This document shows, in pieces, positions 53,190 through 64,000 of a DNA stretch of 64,000 bases. The notes below the pieces were generated by a model. It saw only the letters and a list, made by a program, of their open reading frames with translations, had not been told where the DNA came from and searched no databases. The stretch spans positions 564,303-628,302 of the forward strand of contig NIVC01000302.1 of NCBI GenBank assembly GCA_002269645.1, read 5' to 3'. Origin of the DNA: Macrostomum lignano. Its lineage: Eukaryota. Within the stretch, counting starts at the first letter, position 1; each line of letters starts with the position of its first letter. A program made the translations under genes and the position numbers.

Positions 53190-54060
53190 AATGTCAGATT
53201 CCGAATGCACAATGGACCAAGGTTGGTTGTGATCTGCTGGACTTCAATGGCGACAACTGGCTATTAGTCGAATTACCCGCTATTACAGCAACTGGATCGA
53301 ACTGGCAAAGTTATAGATCAACAGTCTGGAGCTCAGGTGATTGCTCGCATAAAGTCGATGTTCGCCAGGTTCGTTATCGTCGAAGAACTGATCAGTGATA
53401 ATGGTCTCCCATTCAGCTGGTTTAAGTTTCAAGAGTTTTTTGCTGCACAGTTTGGTTTCGTGCACACGCGCTCGTCCGGATATGCACAATTCAAAGGGAT
53501 GGCTGAGAAGGCAGTCAAACAGGCAAAGAATATCCTGAGGAAGTCCTATCAGCCCGAAATTGCGCTAATGGAATATCCAGCTTCACCAATTAGCGTGATA
53601 CGAGCACCAGTCCCAGCGAGCTGATCATGCTCGGTCGCTTGATTCGGACGAAGCTGCCAGCATATGAGAAGGCGCTGCTAAAAGACAGAACTTACAAGAA
53701 GGGAAACGGATTCTCCAAAGCCCCGCTGCAGGCTGCTAAAAAACGGAACTACTACCAGCAAGCTTGACCGCTCTCTTGATCAATACTGATTCGACAGGCC
53801 GGGAAATGCAGTTCGTTTTCGGCACCCGGTTTCAGATGGGGAGCCAGCTGTAGTGACGCAAGCCGACCTGGATCATCCGCACCTACCGACTGCTGACTCA
53901 AAGCGGCAGGGAGCTGATTCGCAATCGCCAGGGCCTCAGCAGTCCACTGCTGAGGCCGAAGAAGTACAGTTAGAGCGGCCCAGGCGGCTCCGGCCGGCGA
54001 TGAATCGGCGGCATCAGATTTGCCTGGAGAGCCACTGCGCCGCTCTGCTAGGGCCACCCA
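53190..54060 (+). pseudogene. Decayed Ty3/Gypsy LTR-retrotransposon integrase (rve) and pol C-terminus
   Basis: Frameshifted blocks WTKVGCDLLDFNG..WLLV and IARIKSMFARF..VEELISDNG.PF...GFVHTRSSGYAQFKGMAEKAVKQAKNIL match the DDE integrase core pattern; stops and frameshifts present. Confidence 0.85.
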
Positions 54061-54962
54061 GGGCTACAGATATGACTTGTGAGTGATACGAACAGTAAAT
54101 TTTGATGTTTTTTCAAGGACTGTTACATGAGCTTTCAAGACAAATATTAGCGTTAAACCGACCGACTTTGTTGCTGAGAAAAATATTCCAAATATTTTTA
54201 TTCCCTGTTCAAATCGAATGATTTCTGCCTCCATTTCTCTTAGGGCTCCTTTGTGAGCCTGGAGTGAAAGGGGTGTTAGCCATCCACCCCTCGCGCTGTA
54301 CATTGTGCCGCCTTTGTTCGAGTAATTGATTTTAATTCCTTTCAATTTTTTGCTATATCAGAAGAGAGATGTCAGTGATGTATTTGTAATTGTATTTTTA
54401 TCGTACGCTCACCCGCACCCCCAATCATCCTGCACCCAAATCATGTACGTTTGCTATCGATTGCTATCGAAGGCTGTTTAGACTAAATTGGTGGCTGGTT
54501 TTCTGCACAAGTCCATGACAAACCATGTCTTTCGGCTTGGCTCGTTTCCGCTGCGTATGTTGCACCAAACTGAACGCAAAAGGGATATATAATACATTTA
54601 CATTTAAAACTGACAAATTAAATAGAAAGTGCCGTTTTGAAAGTCCTGAAGTTTGCGCGGTGTTTTGATAGCACCAGCATGCAATATTACGAATATGTTG
54701 CTGTCTTATCCAAGTTAAACGAATTCATCGCGTGATATTTTATCGAATAAATCTTTTGGCATACATTTTCAATTCGCAAGTTACTGCATGACAGCTGATT
54801 CCAAAACCTAGTTTATGAGTGCATTTTGTAATCCGAAATGATGCAGATGTAATTTAAATACCAAGAAAGGTCGTCACAGTCCACTTATCTGCAATATTCT
54901 GCCTTTTCACCCCTGATCTGATCTCTGATTTAATACGGATTTAAAGATTCAACAACATCCGC

Positions 54963-55665
54963 CATAGGCGTAGGAACGGGGGGGGGGGCAGTGGGGCCAT
55001 GCCCCCCCCCACTTTTTAAAATGGGGGGCAGTAATGGTATCTGGCCCCTCCACATTTTAAATGTAAAATGTAGACTTCTTGCTTATTTTGGTTTTTGCTG
55101 CTTTGCATAAATGCATTTTGCTGCAGGGCGACAAAACATAGCGCCTGCAGCGCCAAAATGAGTGCCTGTAGCTCCAAAATGAGTGCCTGCAGCGCCAAAA
55201 TGAGTGCCTGCAGCGCCAAAATGAGTGCCTGCAGCGCCAAAATGAGTGCCTGCAGCGCTAAAATGAGTGCCTGCGACGCTAAAATGAGGGACTGCAGCGC
55301 TAAAATGAGTGACTGCAGCGCTAAAGTGAGTGACTGCAGCGCTAAAATGAGTGCCTGTGGCGCTAAAATGAGTGCCTGCGGCGCTAAAAATGAGTGCCTG
55401 TGGCGCCAAAATGAGTGCCTGTGGCGCTAAAATGAGTGCCTGTGGCGCTAAAATGAGTGCCTGTGGCGCCAAAATAAGTGCCTGCGGCGCTTTATAAAAT
55501 GAGTGCTGACAAGATGGATTCTGAAAATAATCGGTACATGATAATGTGCATTTTCCATATAAAAAATCAAACTCGACGGGGGCGTGCGCCCTGTGCGCCC
55601 CCCCCCCCTAAATCCGTCACTGAACCTGCCCCCCCCCCAGTTTTTGAAACGTTCCTACGCCTATG
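54963..55665. mobile_element. 703-bp hAT-type MITE
   Basis: Perfect 16-bp TIR CATAGGCGTAGGAACG / CGTTCCTACGCCTATG; 8-bp TSD ACATCCGC at 54955-54962 and 55666-55673; internal 21-bp array. Confidence 0.92.
55140..55500. repeat. 21-bp minisatellite CAGCGCCAAAATGAGTGCCTG inside the hAT MITE
   Basis: About 16 copies. Confidence 0.9.
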
Positions 55666-55757
55666 ACATCCGCTCCACTCATCGCGCGGTCAAAAGTGAT
55701 GAGAAAAGCAGAATAAAAAGTTGACTGTTTATTCTGCAGATACAACTGCAAAAGAAA

Positions 55758-58141
55758 ATGGAGATTGAGCGGGAGTCATCGCCACACGCGGTGAGTAGAG
55801 CCGAGTGTACTTAAAACCAATTATTTAAGATTTAAGATCTGTAAGTTAAATACGATATTACTGTAACAATACGCTCGTACCTGTCTTTGAGTGCAGTAAA
55901 GCAATTTTGGGATAAAATTTTGTGAAGTAGCATTTTTGAGGGACGTAGGCATTTGGCATTTGGCAATTGCCTGCTTCACGGTCACGCGTACATTGGCTGA
56001 CGTTCCACTCCAGCAAGAGACAACTTCTCTGTTGCCTCCAATCCAAATGATAATATTATCCTCAAGCACTCTCTGCGATCAAATGCTGACGAGAAAAGAA
56101 TCTAAATCTGTTGGTAAGCACCCAATGCACATGGCTACCAACTAAAAGTAAAAAAACAAACAAGAAAGAAGGGAGGGATCCGAAGACATTTTCCTGGGGT
56201 TGCCTTCTACCTTTTCTTGAGTTGTACTAGCTACTTCTAATTCAATAATTACTTCAAACACACCCCACGGGACAGAACTCTGAGGCGACTCGCCAGTCTC
56301 AGCAGCACTCCTCTGAGCATCCGAGCAATAATGAGTTGTGGGAGGAGCAGCAGCCGTTGCTAAGCGAGACGCAGACGCAGAGCCTATTAGTAGAGCCAGT
56401 CGTCAAGCTGCGATGCGTCATGTACCTGCTGAGCCTGGTCGCTGTCGGATTCATAACTTCTCTCATTGAAACCGAGGAGTTCAAAAAGTCGAACTGTCAC
56501 CAAAATCGGACATTGACATACGAATCAACCGTTACAAAATTCGAGCGAACTTTCAGTCCAAACGAGTGGGTCTGCTGGACAGTTAAGAATGCCTATTCAA
56601 TCTCGGCTATCGGCGTGATTTTCTACCTGGAGAAGTTCGTGTTCAGTCAGAGCACAATTCCCAGGGCGAGCATGCCGCATCCGTTAGGAAATCATCGCAT
56701 CGTATTAACCAATGTTCTCAGCTACATAAAAGCCCCCAAGAACATGAGAAGCTACCCGTCCGGACTGTTCCTGATCACCTTCATCATTTTCGCAGTCTCG
56801 CTGTGCCTCTGCGGCGCGGTGGAGATTGTGTGCGGCATTGTTGGCGCCGCGGACGGCAACCCGCAGATGCAGCTGGCCGAACTGTTTCGGCGCCTTCTGC
56901 TGGTGATTTTCTGCTTGCTGCAGACGCGACTGTTTGTCGTTCACCGACGCCATTCGGTCCAGTGGAAGCTGTCGGCCACCTGGCTCTGCGGCTGCCATCT
57001 ACTAGGCATGAACATCGCCTCCTGGTTCTTCTACGTTGGCCTGGAAATCCGGCAGATTGGACCTGCCTGCGCGGAGAACGCGTCAGTTTGGAAAGACTCG
57101 TACTGCGAAAGGCATCACATAACAAGGTTTATCGAGTTGCTCTACCCATTCGGTATTGAGTACTACGTAATGGGGGCATTCCTCGCTTACACCCTATTGG
57201 CCAACACCAGCCGTCTCGTGCTGCTTCTACGCAGCCACATCAGCGAGCTGACTGGCAGCGCGGATCGAGCTCTGGGCGCTAGGATTCGCTCTCTGCTTCG
57301 GCAGAGGTCTGAGCAGGATGCCAACGGCCACGCTAGGAGTTCAGATTTCAGCATTATTCGCAGACACTCATTTAGCTTTGCTCTGGGCCTAGGATTTGTC
57401 GTGCTGTCACTAACTGTGTCTATTTTTGCTTCGAGCATTAAAGATGGACAAGAAACAGACCTGGAAAGCAGAGCAAAATGCGCATTTTACTGCACCCTGC
57501 TAATTCTATATAGCAGCAGCCTTGCGTGCACGAAGGTACTGCTGCAGTCGTTGAACAAGGCTAATAGGGCTCAATTAGAAGCAACTCACCTCACCGACCG
57601 GCTGCTATTGTGGCTGGGCGCTGCCGCAATCGTCGTAAACGATTCGTACAACTTATGGACTACGTGGACACATGTACAGTCGGAGACGGGACTTTTGCTG
57701 GCTAACAGCATCCTGCTGGGCAGCGCCTGCTTGCTGAACATTGTCCAGAGCCTGGCGCAGGTCTACGCAGTGGAATGCGCGCTACTGAGAAAGTTCTGCA
57801 CATCCAGCCAGCAGGGCAGAGCCGCCCGAGCCCTGCTCAACGTGCTCATCTCGTTGAACATAGCCGAATGGCTCATCAACACTGTGTGCTTCAGCATGTT
57901 CTTCCCCGACCAGACGCGAGCAGGGCTGGTGCTGTCCTGCGTGGCAATACCCCTACAGGTGTTCTTCCGCTTCCACTCGGCCGCCTGCATCCACGAGTTC
58001 AAGCGGCACTGCGAAGCTCGATCGTCGGACGCCGACAGAGGCTCCGGTGGAAACCAGGGCGACCTGGAGCTGGCCTTCCCAACGATGGCGTCCTTGATGG
58101 ACTCGATTAGCATCGTACAGGACGACTGTGAAGTGGAGTAA
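55758..58141 (+). CDS. Otopetrin-family proton channel; 2 coding exons, 632 aa
   Basis: Exon 55758-55790 (MEIERESSPHA, donor GTGAGT) plus exon 56276-58141 (acceptor GGGACAG, phase 0, open frame). The ORF-track start at 56336 is a TTG. About 12 hydrophobic segments; motifs HLLGMNIASW, LYPFGIEY, QSLAQ, LNIAEW, PLQVFFRFHS are typical of otopetrins. Confidence 0.88.
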
Positions 58142-58647
58142 GACTGACAGGACTGTTACCACACTGACAAGTTGCCTGCTGTGTGCTGCAATCGATCCAA
58201 TATCATTATTTTATATTTAAGTCCGAAATTGGCAAATAGATTTTACTGTCGATTTTACGGTCGATTCGTACTACACTACTGCCAGTGGCACATAGAGAAA
58301 GTTTCAATTGGAATGCCTCCACGTCTTCGATATATCCAACTGTTTTTAATAGTTTGGTAGAAAATTAGATTATTCGCTAAATTGAGAAGCAACCCGGTTC
58401 AGTATTTTAGATTGTCAATTGACAAGCTTTGACAGCTAAAGCGGCAAAACTCACCTCAGATAAGCGCTTATCTGTGCACAAGAGAAGATAAGTTCAAACA
58501 GAAGCCAAATCTCTCGCAGCGGATGCCGCTGAGTAAACCCGGTCTGATTGACAGGCTTGCAAACAGTTTCAATACTTGACTGAAAGAAGTTAAATTCCCT
58601 TTTTCTAAAAGAATTAAATATTGCTGCATTACTTTCTGCCTTCTTAG

Positions 58648-60852
<2,205 letters not shown>

Positions 60853-62034
60853 CGAACTTGACAGCCCACTAACAGCTGGTGCAGCCGCAGCTCGGAGGCC
60901 CCGCAACGCAGATTCCGCTTGGCCGCATTGCATACGAGTACGAAACCTGACACCTCGAGCAGCAGCTCGACTTTCAATGCCAATATGTTTGAAGTTTGCC
61001 CAACTGTTATAGTTCTTGGAGGTTTCCAATCCACGCCATTTTGATTGAGTAGTCCTTGCAAAAACTCTGGGACAGATGGTCGCTGAGAGTGGGGTTGCTT
61101 CGCTATATGGGGGATCTTGCTGCTGGGATAAATGGGATTCCCTGCCCTGTTGGCCCTCGCCTAGTAGGCATAAAGTCTTGTGTTGCGTGAGCTGCCTTCG
61201 AAAACGCCTGAGCACAGATTGAGAATAGCGATTTTCGACCGGTGCCACAAGAAGCGTCGTAAATTTTTTTTCGTCGGAGGAGAAGGGGACTGTCGAGGAA
61301 CAGAACTTGGCAGCCGAAAATTTATATTTTATGCTCTCGGAGTTATTGCCGAGCGCTTGCGAACTTAATTAAAACTCTGAGCATAAATTTGAGCTCTGCT
61401 TATTGTTGAGTTCTCTACAACTGGTCATAAAGTTTGGGCTTTGAGTTTTCCTATCATTAATTGATACCGTGGTGCCAAGCCAACCAGCACGGCGGTGACC
61501 TATGCTGCTGCTCGGCCTGGATTAACTCAAGTGGAAACCAAATTTTTGCTTATCGCTGGCCAGCAACGGGAAGCGTCAAAGCAAAGGAAGTGGCGTCATC
61601 TTGATGTAGGGAGAAAGAAGAACAAGCGGTCCCGCCCTCGGAGACTGCCTGTCAGGGCCTTAGATACGTCTCTAGCAATGTCAGGAGACCAACAAGAGGG
61701 ACAGCTCTGATGAAACACTTTGGGGGGGAGGGTTTGAGCAGCTCTTCGACTTTGTAATCACACCGGTTGCTGACTGATATGCCGAGCGTTGGATCGGGTT
61801 TGTGGATTATTAATGAATGAATTTATAGATGAATGACTTGATAGGTTCGGGCGCCTGGTTTCCGGTCCAGTGATCGATGGGCCCAGAGACCCATGCTGTG
61901 AGGTGGACTGACTAAAACTAAGCTGTGAAACAGAATTGAGAAAATTAATATAAGAACTCATTTCGGCTTGTGGGAGAAAAACTGGGGGAGAGACAGGGAA
62001 AAAGACGCAAGGAGACAGGGAGAGAGAGAAAGGG

Positions 62035-63640
62035 GAAGAGAAAGTGAGAGTGGAGGGGGAGAGACGGGGAGAAAAGTGAGAGTGAAGGGAGAGAGGCAGG
62101 GAGAAAAGTGAGAGTGAAGGGAGAGAGGCAGGGAGAAAAGTGAGAGTGAAGGGAGAGAGACAGGGAGAAAAGTGAAGGGAGAAGAGACAGGGAGAAAAGT
62201 GAGAGTGAAGGGAGAGAGACAGGGAGAAAAGTGAAGGGAGAAGAGACAGGGAGAAAAGTGAGAGTGAAGGGAGAGAGACAGGAAGAAAAGTGAAGGGAGA
62301 AGAGACAGGGAGAAAAGTGAGAGTGAAGGGAGAGAGACAGGGAGAAAAGTGAAGGGAGAGAGACAGGGAGAAAAAGTGAAGGGAGAGAGACAGGGAGAAA
62401 AGTGAGAGTGAAGGGAGAGAGACAGGGAGAAAAGTGAAGGGAGAAGAGACAGGGAGAAAAGTGAGAGTGAAGGGAGAGAGACAGGGAGAAAAGTGAAGGG
62501 AGAGAGACAGGCAGAAAAGTGAGAGTGAAGGGAGAGAGGCAGGGAGAAAAGTGAGAGTGAAGGGAGAGAGGCAGGGAGAAAAGTGAGAGTGAAGGGAGAG
62601 AGACAGGGAGAAAAGTGAAGGGAGAGAGACAGGCAGAAAAGTGAGAGTGAAGGGAGAGAGGCAGGGAGAAAAGTGAGAGTGAAGGGAGAGAGACAGGGAG
62701 AAAAGTGAAGGGAGAAGAGACAGGGAGAAAAGTGAGAGTGAAGGGAGAGAGACAGGGAGAAAAAGTGAAGGGAGAGAGACAGGCAGAAAAGTGAGAGTGA
62801 AGGGAGAGAGGCAGGGAGAAAAGTGAGAGTGAAGGGAGAGAGGCAGGGAGAAAAGTGAGAGTGAAGGGAGAGAGACAGGGAGAAAAGTGAAGGGAGAAGA
62901 GACAGGCAGAAAAGTGAGAGTGAAGGGAGAGAGGCAGGGAGAAAAGTGAGAGTGAAGGGAGAGAGACAGGGAGAAAAGTGAAGGGAGAAGAGACAGGGAG
63001 AAAAGTGAGAGTGAAGGGAGAGAGACAGGGAGAAAAGTGAAGGGAGAAGAGACAGGCAGAAAAGTGAGAGTGAAGGGAGAGAGGCAGGGAGAAAAGTGAG
63101 AGTGAAGGGAGAGAGGCAGGGAGAAAAGTGAGAGTGAAGGGAGAGAGACAGGGAGAAAAGTGAAGGGAGAAGAGACAGGCAGAAAAGTGAGAGTGAAGGG
63201 AGAGAGGCAGGGAGAAAAGTGAGAGTGAAGGGAGAGAGGCAGGGAGAAAAGTGAGAGTGAAGGGAGAGAGACAGGGAGAAAAGTGAAGGGAGAAGAGACA
63301 GGGAGAAAAGTGAGAGTGAAGGGAGAGAGACAGGGAGAAAAGTGAAGGGAGAAGAGACAGGGAGAAAAGTGAAGGGAGAGAGACAGGCAGAAAAGTGAGA
63401 GTGAAGGGAGAGAGGCAGGGAGAAAAGTGAGAGTGAAGGGAGAGAGGCAGGGAGAAAAGTGAGAGTGAAGGGAGAGAGACAGGGAGAAAAGTGAGAGTGA
63501 AGGGAGAGAGACAGGGAGAAAAGTGAGAGTGAAGGGAGAGAGGCAGGGAGAAAAGTGAGAGTGAAGGGAGAGAGGCAGGGAGAGAGGCAGGGAGAGAGAC
63601 AGGGAGAAAAGTGAGAGTGAAGGGAGAGAGACAGACAGAT
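62035..63640. repeat. 26-32-bp purine-rich minisatellite GGGAGAAAAGTGAGAGTGAAGGGAGAGAGGCA
   Basis: About 1.6 kb; the minus strand is almost pure pyrimidine. Confidence 0.95.
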
Positions 63641-64000
63641 AGAGAGACGAGCAGTGAGACAGGCCGAGACAGACAGAGACCGCGAGAGCAAGCATTGAGA
63701 CTTCAGAATGCGTGCCTGCACAAAGCAGAACTGTTGCATTTCAACACAATGGTACTGTATGATTAGACTCAAAAAATCTCTAGCGAAAGTTTTGGCACCG
63801 ATTGCTTGACTCGGAAGAAAAAGCACGCAGACAAAGAGACAATAATATTGGTACATATTGATTCTGGGGTGTCGCGCGGACCAGCCGTGTTGATGAGGGG
63901 GGATATTTAATGAAAAAAATGAATCGAATCCTCATAGAGACAAGCCTGGCAGTGGGTTTAGCTGGTCTCCGGGTGAAATGATAAAAAAGCAAGTCCCAAG

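Noticed and set aside
52900-54450. LTRs, PBS and PPT around the Gypsy integrase remnant
   Set aside because: A PPT-like AGAAGAGAGA|TGT occurs near 54360, but no paired LTRs or clear PBS were seen.
56336-58141. Otopetrin as a single-exon gene starting at 56336
   Set aside because: That start is a TTG; an upstream ATG exon (55758-55790) with a GTGAGT donor splices in phase to an acceptor at 56275.
60853-61400. Unique sequence abutting (GATA)n as a LINE or Penelope 3' end with a simple-repeat tail
   Set aside because: No RT, endonuclease or zinc-knuckle motif is recognisable in any frame.

Overview
Eukaryotic (metazoan) genomic DNA with GC-rich exons and minisatellite-filled introns; the style resembles the flatworm Macrostomum, but that is inference only. 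Four spliced genes can be rebuilt by hand with GT-AG junctions and matching phases: (1) a 4-exon class A neuropeptide GPCR of galanin/allatostatin-A-receptor type (minus, 1309-14851, 397 aa); (2) a 2-exon 75-aa microprotein with a GON7/KEOPS-subunit-like layout (minus, 19858-21317); (3) a complete 21-exon EML5/6-like triple-TAPE protein (minus, 23625-52460, 1993 aa); (4) a 2-exon otopetrin proton channel (plus, 55758-58141, 632 aa). Mobile DNA: a 3.56-kb TIR element with TA duplication and a possible spliced cargo gene in EML intron 17, a 703-bp hAT-type MITE with an 8-bp TSD just upstream of otopetrin, a decayed Ty3/Gypsy integrase, and a CORE-SINE-like fragment. About 35 tandem arrays, mostly one distinct unit per intron, plus a 2.2-kb (GATA)n tract explain nearly all the long ORFs in the six-frame track. 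Exon coordinates were counted by eye; repeat boundaries are approximate.
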